Assembly: GCA_977017645.1 (NCBI GenBank) | Contig: OZ360229.1 | Span: 22,816,001-22,880,000 of the forward strand | Origin: Torpedo marmorata | Lineage: Eukaryota | Length of the DNA: 64,000 nt | Reading direction: 5' to 3' | Shown here: positions 34,086-47,758 of the stretch, one piece after another | Position numbering within the stretch: position 1 is the first letter of the stretch | Layout: every line of letters begins with the position of its first letter | Position numbers and translations under genes: made by a program | The notes under the pieces: model-generated | The model's database searches: none | The model's input: only the letters and a program-made list of their open reading frames with translations | What the model was told of the DNA's origin: nothing

Positions 34086-36789
34086 GCTATTGCATGCTAA
34101 GCTGCCTGGGTAAAGAGATCAAAACTGTATACAATTAAAGGCTTCACTTGGGACAATACAATTTTATGAAGCACAAATTAAATTATCAATAAGGTGATGA
34201 GAAGGAAATGATGTCAATCTTGAGGAAGCAAAGAAATTACAATAAAAAAAAACTAATGTGTTCTTGAGGGTTGCCAAATAAACTCAGATCTAGAGGGCCG
34301 ATGGACCTTCAGTTTAACCACCGAGTTCATATCGAAAGTGAAGCATTCTGTACCACAATGGAATGTTGGCCTAGATAACATGTCCTAGCATCTGAGTGGG
34401 GTTCAGAACCAATGACCTTCAAAGCCAAATCAAAAAGGAGAGCAAACCTACTGAACCACACAGCCACACCAATCCAAAAAATGGAAAAACATTACCAAGA
34501 CTTTGGATTTATATGGGCAAATGTTTAAGGTGAAAGGAAGAATTTTAAGGGGGATCTGAGTACATTTTTTTTTTAATATACAGAGAGTAGTTGATATGTG
34601 GAATGTACTGCCGGAGGAATCGGATACAATTATTCACTTTTAAAAGGCATATAGAAAAACACTTAAAAAGGCAAGCATAGAAGGATATGGTCCTAATATC
34701 GACAAATGGGAATAATGTTGATGGGCAAAAGGTCAGTCTGGAGATGCTAGACTGAAGAGTCTGCATTGTGCTGTACAACTCAATAACTCTGGAATGATCT
34801 TTTTTTTTTGCTTCCTTCGCATGATGTAATATGGCAATCCCAGCATTTACTAATCATTCTAGTTGGACACTCAATGGAGTAGACAGTTAAGAATCAACAA
34901 CATTGGTGGCCGAAAGCCACACATCGGCCAAACTTTGTAAGAACAGGAGATCAATTCCCTTAAGAACATTATAGTATGAGATAGTTTTTTTTAAAGCAAC
35001 AATGTGGGTGGTTTTGTGTTTACTATAATTAAGGCCAACTTTTTTTTTACAATTCCTGATGTACTCAATTAGTGAATTTTAAATCTCCAGCTGCATTGGG
35101 GCAATTAAAACTTCTATCCAGAGGTCAATTCTCCAGAATTCTAGTTGTAGGACTAGTCATTTTATGACCACTTAACTCATCATTGCTGAAGGAAATTGAG
35201 TACATTTAAATTTTCAAGAAGTACAGATCCCTGCAAAGTAAGTCATTGGGGAAAGAATGGGGGTCTGACAGGAAATTAGCAAATTGGAAAACTCCATCAA
35301 AGTACAGACCCAATGAAAAATATACTCCTTCCTTGTGACATTAATGAAACAGAACTATATACATGGAAAGTTAAGTCAGTCACATCTTTTAAGGCCAAGT
35401 ACATCTTCATTTTGTTGTCTAGGAAGTCTCAGTTCTACAAAAATATCTATACAATACTGGTTCAAGTTATATGTTCCCAAATTTCAACCAGCTAGCTCGT
35501 GATGAATTACTGATCTCAGCCGAGACAGGAGACAAACCTCACTTCTTCACCTATGGGCTGAGGAATGAAACTGAATGAAGAAATGGATGAATGAAGTTTA
35601 TTGATGTGTACACAAGTACAAAGTATAGCCATAGGCTATAGGCAATGAAAGTGGTAGGCCAAGTCTTTTTCACTATCCAAAAGAAAGTTTTTATGTGTAT
35701 GGATATGTAGCGAAATCCCAGGGCTTGACAATGTTACAGCAATTATTGAATAGTTATCACTTGATTAAAATTGGAATATAAAGGGTAGGAACATGCTCTT
35801 CACGCACCCAACTAGTATGTGCACTGATAATACCGCACATCAAACTTCTCATTTCATTCTACCAGTAGTGCTATTTATCCCTTTCTACCTCATGTATTGT
35901 ATCTCTGCAAGTTTACTTGTGAAACCTTTGTCAACTATGTTACCTGCATCGCAGGGTGACTACAACTAAAATAATAAATAGTGGCTGAAATGCTCTTTTT
36001 GGTGTCCCAGGTTAGTACAACATATTATATAATGCAATTTATTTCCTTCTCCATCTTGTATCATGCCAAGACTACACGAGATCAGCAATGAAAGAGTTAA
36101 ATCCATCTGTAATTCAACACCCGACTTGCCTTTCCAGCTCAGTATGTGTGGTCTTGAACTCAGAATAACGCTTGCATTTCCAAAATTATTACACTTCTGA
36201 ACTAGAAAAGCAATTATTAATATCAGAGCTACGCAGGGTGAATCGTAAGGTTCCACCAACCTTCCCAGCACCACCCCTGTTCTACCACTCCTGGTTCCAC
36301 TCCCTTCAGTTCCTGCCAACTCAACGAGGTCACATTACTGAAGCACAATATTTCAGCTGTGTACATAAATTGCAAATAAAGAAAAAATGCCTAGTTGCAT
36401 GAAAAGTGGCCTCTCTGAATATCCTTGTCCTTATTGCTTCTCTTCAACACACTCTGGGAATGTTAATGATGCTAGATTTGCAGTTTGAATCAGCTTTGGT
36501 CACAGGTTCCAGCAACTAGGAAGATCCCTGCTTCTTTTCACAGGCACATTGGCATACTTTTCCTTTTGGGATGTGGTCATTGTTATAAGAAATACAGTGC
36601 AATTTGCGCAGTTCCCACAGACTGTGAAGCAAGAATTTGTTTTGTTGATGTTGACTGAGGCATAAATACTGATCAGGGTAGCATACAGTACACCACAACC
36701 CTGCTCTACTTCATATGGGTATATCTTGGTTTCATGTCTATCTGCAAGATAGTGTCTCTGAAATGCAGCAGTACAATACTACAGTGAGC

Positions 36790-37018
36790 CAGCCATTCTC
36801 AACCTTTTTTCAGCTCTGGCCTCCCTAGGACTCTGTTCAAAATTTATGGGCACCCTTCCGTGAAGCAGTCAAGTTTTGGTTTCTTCCGTACTTCTACCAG
36901 CTACGTGAAAAAAAAATATATATATTTATGTTACGCAAGGTGAAAAGAAAACAAGGCTTTTACTTAAATGTGCTGTGGTCCCCAGGAAGGGCTGTAGGGC
37001 CCCCGTTGAGAATAGCTC
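36790..37018. mobile_element. Short hAT/Charlie-like MITE
   Basis: Imperfect TIRs cagccattctcaac and gttgagaatagct. No TSD was resolved. Confidence 0.5.
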
Positions 37019-37065
37019 CAGATGATTTGCTCCTGTCCTAAGCTGATTGCTGCTGTATAAGTCAT

Positions 37066-37310
37066 TGATATACCCATCAATTAGCACTGAAGAGACTATG
37101 AGTGGGAAACGAACCATAGGCTTTTATTGACATAAAACAGACCTACAGTGGACCTGCAGATCTATCCCGGACTGTGGGCGGAGCGGTGGCACAAAGGCCT
37201 TTATTCGGGTGAGAAAGGGGGAGGGATTACCTGGACACCCAAAGGAGGGGAGAGGAGTCGCCGGGACAGACAGCAGTCCACATGATATATACAAACAGTG
37301 GTTTACCACA
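37066..37310 (-). repeat. 3' LTR of the Gypsy element
   Basis: Direct repeat of 41333-41577, with about 5 differences counted by eye. Confidence 0.95.
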
Positions 37311-37326
37311 TTCACCCCTCCTTTTT
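37311..37326 (-). other. Polypurine tract
   Basis: The minus strand reads aaaaaggaggggtgaa immediately before the TGTGG start of the 3' LTR. Confidence 0.85.
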
Positions 37327-37385
37327 AAAAGAGTCCAGCGGGGTGAAGTGGCCACAATACAATCACAACAGGTATTTACAATATT

Positions 37386-40300
37386 TCACAGGTCAAGGCG
37401 ATCCGGTGGTTTGGCTCGCCTTTGTGACCTGCGCAGTGCCCTGGGTGCGGGTTGTGGTGCAGGGGAAGATGGCAAGGCTGTTGCCTTCTCCTGTGGTGCT
37501 GGGTGAGATGGCAGGATTGTCTCCTCCTGCCTGGCTTTTTGTGGTGTAGGTTCCGTCGAGGGTGACGTTGTAGAAGAGGGAATAGGGAGGGGCCGCAGCG
37601 AGTGGTCTTGCCCGTCGAGAGGTTCCTCCGGCGCTCCCGCGGGTGCCAGGTCCCGAATTGAGACCGTGTCCTCTCTCCCATCCGGGAAGACCACGTAGGC
37701 GTACTGCGGGTTAGCGTGCGCTAACTGCACCCTCTGGACCGCGGGCTCATATTTGCTGCTCCGAAGGTGGTTGCGGAGCAGCACCGGTCCCGGAGACGTC
37801 AGCCAGGCAGGCAGGGCGGTTCCGGTGTTCGACCTCCTGGAGAAGGAGAAAAATCTCTCATGAGGTGTTACATTGGTGGCCGTGCACAGTAAGGACCGTA
37901 TTGAATGGAGGGCTTTGGGGAGAACCTCTTGCCAGCGGGATACCGGCAGTCCCCTGGACTTGAGAGCCAGGAGCGCCGCCTTCCAGACAGTGGCGTTCTC
38001 CCTTTCCACCTGTCCATTACCTCGGGGGTTGTATGCGGTGGTCCTACTAGTGGCGATGCCCCGGGTCAGCAGGTACTGGCGCAGCTCCTCACTCATAAAA
38101 GCTGATCCCCGGTCGCTATGAATGTAGTTCGGGAAGCCGAACACCGTAAATACCTGGCGAAGAGCTTTTATGGTTGAGGCAGCCGAAGTGTCGGGGCAGG
38201 GAATGGCAAAGGGGAACCGCGAGTACTCGTCAATTATGTTCAGAAAGTACACATTGCGGTTCGTGGAGGGAAGGGGCCCCTTGAAGTCAATGCTGAGACA
38301 TTCAAAGGGGCGAGTGGCTTTGACCAGCTGTGCCTTGTCGGGGCGGTAGAACTGGGGTTTGCACTCCGCGCAAACCCGGCAACTGCTGATCATTGTCCTG
38401 ACCTCTTCCAGGGAGTATGGCAGGTTCTGTGACTTCACGAAGTGAAAGAGCCTGGTAATTCCTGGGTGGCATAGGTCGTCATGTAGGGCGTGTAATCGGT
38501 CGATCTGCGCGCTGGCGCACGATCCCCGGGATAGAGCATCGGAGGGCTCATTGAGCTTCCTGGGCCGGTACATGATGTCGTAGTTGTAGGTGGAGAGCTC
38601 TATTCTCCACCTCATGATCTTGTCATTCTTGATCTTACCCCGCTGCTGATTGTTGAACATGAATGCCACAGAGCGTTGATCTGTCAGCAGGGTAAAATGC
38701 TTACCGCCGAGATAGTGCCTCCAGTGCCTGATGGCTTCCACTATGGCCTGGGCTTCCTTCTCCACCGCTGAGTGCCGAATTTCGGGGCCCTGGAGGGTTC
38801 GAGAGAAAAATGCCACCGGCCTTCCCGCCTGGTTGAGGGTAGCAGCCAGCGCGAAGTCCGATGCGTCACTCTCCACCTGGAAAGGTGTCTCCTCATCCAC
38901 TGCGTGCATTGTTGCTCGCGCAATGTCCCCTTTTATAAGGTCGAATGCCTTACGTGCCTCCGAAACAAGGGGAAATGCAGTGGATTTCACAAGGGGTCGG
39001 GCCTTGTCCGCATAATTTGGGACCCATTGCGCATAATAGGAAAAGAACCCGAGGCATCGTTTAAGGGCTCTGGTGTTGGTGGGGAGCGGAAGTTCCAGCA
39101 GGGGGCGCATGCGTTCGGGGTCTGGTCCAATTACCCTGTTTTCGACCACATACCCCAAAATAGCGAGGCGAGTGGTACCAAACACGCATTTTTCTTTGTT
39201 ATACGTGAGGTTTAGGGCTTTGGCCGCCTGCAGGAACCTCCGGAGGTTGTTGTCATGATCCTGACGATCATAACCACAGATGGTAATGTCGTCAAGGTAT
39301 GGGAAAGTGGCTTTAAGTTTGTAATGGTCCACAATCCTGTCCATCTCCCGCTGAAAAACAGAAACACCATTAGTGACACCAAACGGAAGGCGCAGGAATT
39401 GGAACAGCCTGCCATCTGCCTCGAACGCGGTGTATGAACGGTCCTCCCGACGGATAGGGAGCTGATGATATGCCGATTTCAAATCAATGGTGGAGAAGAG
39501 CCGGTATTGGGCAATTTGGTTCACCATCTCCGCTATCCGTGGTAGCGGGTATGCATCAAGCAGTGTAAACCTGTTGATGGTTTGACTGTAGTCCACCACC
39601 ACTCTGCTCTTGGCCCCTTTTACCACAACCACCTGGGCTCTCCAGGGACTATTACTCTTCTCTATAATCCCTTCCTGTAGCAATCTCTGTACCTCCGTCT
39701 TGATAAATGCTCTGTCCTCGGCACTGTAACGCCTGCTTTTAGTTGCCACAGGCTTACCGTCCGGGGTCAGGTTCGCAAACAACGACGGAGGCGAGATCTT
39801 AAGGGTGGAGAGACCACAGGTGGTTTCGGGCGTGCTATCCAGAAACTGGTGGTTGGCCACAGTGATCGCAGGGAGAGGACCGTCATACCACATTGTAACA
39901 CTCCGCAAATGGCTCTGAAAATCCAAACCCAGTAACACCGGCGCACACAAACGGTTCATGACAAACAAGGAAAATTACCGGTACTCCGTCCCTTGTACCA
40001 CAATGTTCGCCACACACGCCCCCCGGATGTCTGTTGTGTGGGACCCAGATGCCATGGCCACCCTCTGGCTTACCAGTACGATCGTTAGGCCACAGCGTTG
40101 AACAGTATCCGGGTGGATAAAGCTCTCAGTGCTGCCAGTGTCGAACGAGCACGTTATCTTGTGTCCCTCGACCAGTATGTCCATCATGGATCTTGCCAGC
40201 TGGTGGGGAACGTTCTGGTCGAGGGTGACGGATGCCAAAGTTGGGGTGAAGTCGTCTTGGTCCGAGGTCGTTAAAAATGGCCGCTCCCGTGGGTTGCACG

Positions 40301-41309
40301 TGTCGCTGGAGGTCTCTTTACAAAATGGTGGCGCCGGAAGTGCAGGGAGTACCGAAGTACTGCTATGAGATGGCGGCGCCGGAAGTGCCAGCATGAAAGA
40401 TGGCCGCTTCCATTCCTCACACGCAGTCGGCGCCAGAAGTGCCAGTCTGTAAGATGGCCGCTCCCATTTCCTGCACACGGCACTACTTGGGCCCGCGCGC
40501 GGCTTGGAGCAGCAGGCCTTCGCGTAGTGGCCTTTCTGGCCGCAGTTGGAACAAGTCGCGTTGCGGGCCGGGCAGCGTTTCCTCGGATGCTTGTCGAGCC
40601 CGCAGAAGTAGCACTTCTCGGGCTCGCGATTAGCAGCTGCGGTGGTGAGCGTAGTGTCGGTAGCGATCGGGTCGCGGGCAACGGCGGCAACAGTCGGGTC
40701 ACGGGCCACCGCGGCCACAGTTAGATCGCTGGGGCTGGGGGACGGGGCGATCCACGCAGTAGGCTGGGGGTCCCGCGTCTGCATAGCATCGGAGTTCTGC
40801 AGCGCGGACTACAGCGTGCGAGCCATCGCCACCGCGGTACGGAGATCGAGTTCGGAGTGCTCCAGCAGCTGCTGGCGTACATATACCGACCTCATCCCCA
40901 TGATAAAGGTGTCCCTCTCCAGCAGATCAACGTGTTGTTCCTCGGTCAGCGCTTTACAGGCGCACGCTCGCACTAGGGACTGGATGTCCCTGACGAAGTC
41001 CACTATCGACTCCCCGGCCCGCTGTTTTCGCAACGATAGTCTGTACCTTGCGTAGACCTCATTAACAGGGGTTACGTAGATCTTTTTCAGTGCCTCCATC
41101 GCCTCGTTGTACGTTTCGCATTTCCAAATAGTAGAATACAACCGAGGGCTTACCCTGGATACGAGGACCTCCAGTTTCTGCTCCTCGCTTTCGGCCTTGA
41201 CCGCTGCTGAGAACGATCAGAGGCAGCGTAGCCAGTGTTCGAACGCGTGGCCAGCATCAGGAGCTAAAGGGTCGATGTCCAGTCGGTCCGGTCGGAGGGC
41301 GCTTTCCAT
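37386..41309 (-). pseudogene. Gypsy gag-pol single reading frame with three in-frame stops
   Basis: ATG at 41309. ORFs 40809-41141, 39975-40784 and 37386-39968 are all in one frame. Motifs: Zn knuckles CYFC..H..C and CSNCGQKGHYAKAC, protease FDTGS, RT YLDD, RNase H SDASD and EKEA, integrase HHCC and DDE (IDFKGP, HSDRG, GQVER). Confidence 0.9.
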
Positions 41310-41332
41310 TACTTTTATTATGTCAATAAAAT

Positions 41333-41577
41333 TGATATACCTATCACTTAGCACTCAAGAGACTATGAGTGGGAAACGAACCATAGGCTTTTATTGACAT
41401 AAAACAGACCTACAGTGGACCTGCAGATCTATCCCGGACTGTGGGCGGTGCGGTGGCACAAAGGCCTTTATTCGGGTGAGAAAGGGGGAGGGATTACCTG
41501 GACACCCAAAGGAGGGGAGAGGAGTCGCCGGGACAGACAGCAGTCTACATGATATATACAAACAGTGGTTTACCACA
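41333..41577 (-). repeat. 5' LTR of the Gypsy element
   Basis: Reads TGTGGTAAACC...GTATATCA on the minus strand and contains AATAAA. Confidence 0.95.
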
Positions 41578-41849
41578 GTCATAGAATGCTAAAATCAATC
41601 TCAGCACCCTAAAGTAGATAAATGAACTTAGCGAGCATTCATTCAGAATTATGATCACTGTACAATGCCTGTGACAAGAGTAGCTGTAGGTCAGTGGCTT
41701 ATTCTTTTGTTTACTGACTCAGTAGGTTCTAAATTGCACCCTCATGCTTTGATGTGCTGGCTGACACTCCTAGCTCAGTACTAAAGTAACCTTAGATGTG
41801 GCACTTTTTTTAGGTGAGGCAGTAGATTAAGTTCTCATCTGCCTCTCTT

Positions 41850-42414
41850 TGCAGAATGCAGATTCGCTAAGTGTATGGAGAATGATGCAAGGTTCCTTGT
41901 CACAGTTCATCCCCAACATCAGCATGACAAAGGACTCTCTGATTTACGGGCTGTTCCCAGGAACGCACAAAGAGCCAGACATCCAGAACTGCTGGAAGAC
42001 TATCAACGGGGTGAAAAGCATACTTTGGTCTGTCTGAAACGTGTTGGTCTTTCACCACATGGAGATATCGTTGCAGGTATGCTGCCGACTGGCACATTCC
42101 AGGCTGCAGGAATATGTGCTGAGGGACGCACTGAGGCTTGGTGCAGCTAACGCAAGGGTGCTGTGGGGAAGGACCACAGTCTAGAGTCCTCCCATTACCA
42201 GGCATTGAGGGGCTGAGACCAAGGAGAAGCCCCTCAAACAACAGAGGGGGGAAGAAACAACAAGGTGCCACAGTGGTGGTAATGGTGTAAATAGAAATGA
42301 ATGTAGCAGTGATGGAAATGTATGGATACAAAACTAAGGGTGAGAAGAGACTTTGAACGGTTTTCCTTTTGTAAATAATTTATTGTGAATAATGTCTATT
42401 TTTGGTTAAAAAAA
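41850..42414 (+). mobile_element. Tx1/L1-type LINE 3' fragment
   Basis: Encodes LIYGLFPGTH...CWKTINGVKSILW...LQEYVLRD, resembling a Tx1 ORF2 C-terminus, and ends in an A-tail. Confidence 0.6.
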
Positions 42415-42497
42415 TTGCCCTCTCAAGTGGATGCAAAATATCCTACAATGCAGGATACGAGCAAAGGGGTACTTTCCCATATCCTGGCAAACAAAGT

Positions 42498-45407
42498 TAG
42501 ATAATAGACAATAGGTGCAGGAATAGGCCATTCGGCCCTTCGAGCCAGCACCGCCATTCACTGTGATCATGGCTGATCATCCACTACCAGTACCCCGTTC
42601 CTGCCTTCTCCCCATATCCCTTGACTCCGCTATCTTTCAGAGCTCTATCTAACTCTTTCTTGAAAGCATCCAGAGAATTGGCCTCCACTGCCTTCTGAGG
42701 CAGAGCATTCCACAGATCCACAACTCTGGGTGAAAAAGTTTTTCCTCAACTCCGTTCTAAATGGCCTACCCCTTATTCTTAAACTGTGGCCTCTGGTTCT
42801 CGACTCCCCCAACATCGGGAACATGTTTCCTGCCTCTAGCGTGTCCAATCCCTTAATAATCAAATATGTTTCAATCAGATCCCCTCTCATCCTTCTAAAT
42901 TCCCGTGTATACAAGCCCAGTCGCTCCAATCTTTCAACATATGACAGTCCCGCCATCCCGGGAATTAACCTCGTGAACCTACGCTGCACTCCCTCAATAG
43001 CAAGAATGTCCTTCCTCAAACATGGAGACAAAAACTGCACACAATACTCCAGGTGTGGTCTCACCAGGGCCCCGTACAACTACAGAAGGATCTCTTTGCT
43101 CCTATACTCAACTCCCCTTGTTATGAAGGCCAACATGCCATTAGCTTTCTTCACTGCCTGCTGTACCTGCATGCTTACTTTCAGTGACTGATGAACAAGG
43201 ACACCTAGATTTCGTTGTACTTCCCCTTTTCCTAACTTGACACCATTCAGATAGTAATCTGCCTTCCTGTTCTTGCCACCAAAGTGGATAACCTCACATT
43301 TATCCACATTAAACTGCATCTGCCATGCATCTGCCCACTCACCCAATCTGTCCAAGTAACCCTGCATTCTCATAACATCCTCCTCACATTTCACACTGCC
43401 ACCCAGCATTGTGTCATCTGAAAATTTGCTAATGTTACTTTTAATCCCTTCATCTAAATCATTAATGTATATTGTAAACAGCTGAGGTCCCAGCACCAAA
43501 CCTTGTGGTACCCCACTAGTCACTGCCTGCCATTCTGAAATGGATCCGTTAATCCCAACTCTTTGTTTCCTGTCTGCCAACCAATTTTCTATCCATGTCA
43601 GTACCCTACCCCCAATACCATGTGCTCTAATTTTGCCCACTAATCTCCTATGTGGGGCTTTCTGAAAGTCCAGGTACACTACATCCACTGGCTCTCCCTT
43701 GTCCATTATCATAGTTACAACCTCAAAATATTCCAGAAGATTAGTCAAGCATGATTTCCGCTTTGTAAATCCATGCTGACTCAGACCGATCCTGTTACTG
43801 CTATCCAAATGTGCCGCTATTTCATCTTTTATAATTGACTCCAGCATCTTCCCCACCACTGATGTCAGGCTAACTGGTCTATAATTCCCTGTTTTCTCTC
43901 TCCCTCCTTTCTTAAAAAGTGGGATAACTTTAGCTACCCTCCAAACCACAGGAACTGATCCTGAATCAATAGAACATTGGAAAATGATTACCAATGTGTC
44001 CACGATTTCTAGAGCCACCTCCTTAAGTACCCTGGGATGCAGACCATCAGGCCCTGGGGATATATCAGCCTTCAGTCCCATCAGTCTACCCAGCACCATT
44101 TTCTGCCTAATGTGAATTTCCTTCAGTTCCTCCGTTACCCTAGGTCCTCTGTCCACTATTACATCTGGGAGGTTGTGTGTGTCTTCCCTAGTGAATACAG
44201 ATCCAAAGTACCTGTTCAACTCATCTGCCATTTCCTTGTTCCCCATAATAATTTCACCCGTTTCTGTCTTCAAGGGTCCAACTTTGATCTTAACTAATTT
44301 TTTCCTCTTCACATACCTAAAGAAGCTTTTAATATCCTCCTTTATATTCTTGGCTAGCTTACCTTCATACCTCATCTTTTCTCCCCGTATTGCCTTTTTA
44401 GTTATCTTCTGTTGCTCTTTGAAAGTTTCCCAATCCTTTGGCTTCCCGCTCATCTTTGCTATGTTATACTTCTTTTATTTTTATACTGTCCTTGACTTCC
44501 CTTGTCAGCCACGGTCACCCCTTACTCCCCTTAGAATCTTTCTTCCTCTTTGGAATGAACTGATCCTGCACCTTCTGTATTATTCCCAGAAATACCTGCC
44601 ATTGTTGTTCCACTGTCATCCCTGCTAGGGTATCTTTCCACTCAACTTTGGCAAGCTCCTCCCTCATGGCTCCATAGTCCCCTTTGTTCAACTGTAATAT
44701 TGACACTTCCGATTTTCCCTTCTCCCTCTCAAATTGTAGATTAAAACTTATGTTATGGTCACTACCTCCTAATGGCTCCTTTACCTTGAGTTCCCTTATC
44801 AAATCCCACACAATCACAAAGAAGGCTCGTCAGCAGCTATACTTTGTGAGGTGTCTGCGGAGATTCGGTATGTCACCAAAGACTCTCGTAAACTTCTACA
44901 GGTGTACCGTGGAGAGCATTCTGGCTGGTTGCATCACTGCCTGGTATGGAGGCGCCAACTCCCAGGACAAGAGTAAACTCCAGAAGGTTGTTAACTCGGC
45001 CTGTGACATCACAGGCACCAAACTTCACTCTATCGAGGACATCTACATGAGGCGGTGTCTTAAAAAAGCAGCCTCTATCCTCAAAGACCCCCACCACCCA
45101 GGCCATGCCCTCTTCACTCTGCTTCCATTGGGAAAAATGTACAGGAGCCTAAAGACGAGCACTCAATGGCACAAGGACAGCTTCTTCCCCGCTGCCATCA
45201 GATTCCTGAATAATCAATGAACCAAGGACACTGCCCTACTTTTCGTGCATTATTGTTTATAATTTTTTTTATAGTGGTGTCGTTGGATGGTTAATATGAA
45301 TGTTAATTGCACTATGATGCTGCCTCAAAACACTGAATTTCATGACTTGTTCATGACAATAAATTCTGATTCTGATTCATTACACAACACTAAATCCAGA
45401 ATTGCCT
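42498..45407 (-). mobile_element. CR1 LINE (5'-truncated, frameshifted RT), interrupted by a Rex1 insertion at 44811-45376
   Basis: Motifs LGGSDH, SPGPDGLHPRVLKE, NYRPVSLTS, YLDFQKA, GVPQG, FSDD and LVRPHLEYCVQF. The CR1 3' UTR ends in a ctattgt-type repeat. Confidence 0.9.
44811..45376 (+). mobile_element. Rex1/Babar LINE 3' fragment inserted in CR1
   Basis: Encodes ITKKARQQLYFVRCL...FFPAAIRFLNNQ and ends in an (attctg)n tail. Confidence 0.88.
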
Positions 45408-46389
45408 TAGTATTTGTGGTGGTTGACCAAGCACAGGTTGGTGCCATTTTGCAATTGCACCGCTATTAATATGCTTCAAATGGAGCTTTGGTACCCTTCA
45501 GTCTTGAAAGATGTAAAGCAAGTCATTTCCACCCCCCCCCCCCACTCCGTGTGTGTGGCAGAACTTGTTAAGAGAAAGAACTCTCATCTGTGAACTCTCC
45601 CTGACTCTCCTCACACAACCTCCCTCCAGTCCTCCCATCTTTCTTCAATTACTGGCACTTATTGAGTCAGCTCACACATGAAGAGTGATCTCCTCAGTGG
45701 AGTAATGTAACTGTAATATCACATGGAGCCTCCCCAAGCAATGGGTTACGTGAAAACAGCTGTGTAGTGAGACAACACACAACAGATTCTGGCACTGCAA
45801 CAAACCAGCTGCAGTTGTGCTGATCATTCTTTATAAGAGAGGGTGGGAACATTCCCAATGTTGGAAGTTACCCAAAGAAGAATTTTGTTCTGGGAAGAAT
45901 TTGGTGTCGATGATTTATCAACATTAGTCCGGAATCTTTCATGAATTAACAAATGGGGATCCAGTTCAACAACATGGCCCAACAAACAGAGGATATTAAC
46001 ACAAACCCTGTGTCTGCTTCCAAAATAAGGAACACACAAGGGCTTGTGATTAGTTGTTAGAAACAGATAAACTTTGAAAAGCCCAATAACCTTCAGCAGA
46101 AAAATATAAATTAGGAAGGGTCTGAAGGTGCCAGCAGAGATGAGCAGAATCCCAGTGGAACACTGGTAAAACGTTTTGAGTGGTCATAAACATGAACAAC
46201 TTGCATTAATATAGTGCCTTCAATGTGCAATCATTTTGCAAGAATTCTTAACAGGAACATGAGCAAACAAGATTTGAGACCAAATCACATAAACAAACAT
46301 CAGGGCTGTGGTTATAGACAGCAAGAAGAAGTAGGCTTTAAGGAACATTTTGGAGAAGGCGAGAGGGGGCTGGGTAGGAAATTTCAGCT

Positions 46390-47758
46390 CGGTCTTGGGC
46401 GCCACTCTGCCTTTCTCCGTTTCTAAATTTGTGACTAATTTGGTTGTTAAACATACTTTACAAATTTGGTTTCAATTTAGGAAGTCTGTAGGTGCGCATG
46501 GTTTTCTATTGAATAGTCCCATTTTGTATAATTCTTTTTTTCTCCCATCAACAATAGATAGCGGTTTCCGCAGCTGGTCAACACTTGGGATTAGGACTTT
46601 CCTGGATTTATTTGTGGATGGTAATCTTGCATCATTTCAACAATTAGTTAATAAATTTAACTTACCTGCTCAACATTTTTTCCGATATCTTCAAGTCAGG
46701 AACTTCTTAATTTTGCTTAAATTGTACCTCCCTCAAGCATTAAATTTGGAAATTATCCGAGAGATTTACGAGGTCAAGTCAGATACTAAGAAACCCCTAT
46801 CTCTTTTTTTATTTGTTATTGACTCATTCTAGTTATAGGGAAGATATGTTATTAAAGGTTAAACAGCAGTGGGAACTAGATTTCAAGAGGAGATTCCCGT
46901 ATGGGAACGGGTGCTCCTAGCTATTAATTCTTCTTCTTTATGTGCTCGCCATTCATTTATCCATCTTAAAGTTGTTCATCAAGCTCATTATTCTAAGTCT
47001 CGATAAGCTAAGTTTTACCTAAATCTTTCCCCCCTTTGTGATAGATGTAAAATCGAGGAAGGTACCTTATACCATATGTTTTGGACATGTCCTTCGTTAT
47101 ATAATTACTGGTCTAGTATTTTTCAGACGTGGTCCACTGTTCTCGATGCAAATTTAACTCCTAACCCACTTATGGGTTTATTCGGGATTCATCAAGTGAA
47201 TAACTCTAAACTTATGAAGTCGCAATTGCATGTGATAGCATTTACGTCACTCATTGCTAGGAAAAATATTCTTTTACACTGGAAAGACGTTGATCCCACT
47301 TCACATCGCTACTGGCTCAACTGTGTGATGTCATGCTTGACGTTGGAAAAAATTTGTTGTTCTAATCTTGATAAGAATCTCAATTTTCAGAGGATATGGG
47401 GTTCGTTTATGAGCCTCTTTCCAACATTATAACATTCTCTTTTTTCTTTATCTTAGCCAGTTTCAGACGCGCATGGATTAGGGTTTAGGTTTCCTCCCCT
47501 TTTCTGTTAGTTAGTTGTAGTTTAGATTCCTTTTTTTTTGCTTTTATGTTTTGGGGGCATGTCAGTTTTATGTGGCCATTCCTTGATTGCTCTTTCCTTG
47601 TATTATTACTTCAGAGAGGGGACTCAATGACATTTGTAATTATAATTTTATTATTATCCTTGTATTGTACTTATTGTATACTTTTGCACTGACCTCTGTA
47701 TTGTTTGACCTTATTTGTTTTAAAAATCAATAAATAAAATTGAAAAGAAAAAAAAGAG
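46390..47758 (+). mobile_element. L1-clade LINE 3' fragment (relative of 'A')
   Basis: TSD ggaaatttcagct at 46377-46389 and 47759-47771. Motifs FFRYLQVR and HMFWTCP, followed by aataaa and an A-tail. Confidence 0.85.

Larger units (their letters stand above)
37066..41577 (-). mobile_element. Full-length Ty3/Gypsy LTR retrotransposon (4512 bp)
   Basis: Two 245-bp LTRs (TG...CA), 5-bp TSD gtcat at 37061-37065 and 41578-41582, a PPT next to the 3' LTR, and gag-PR-RT-RH-IN order. Confidence 0.95.

Noticed and set aside
37873-41397. Multiple plus-strand ORFs within the Gypsy element
   Set aside because: They are antisense shadows of the GC-rich gag-pol frame.
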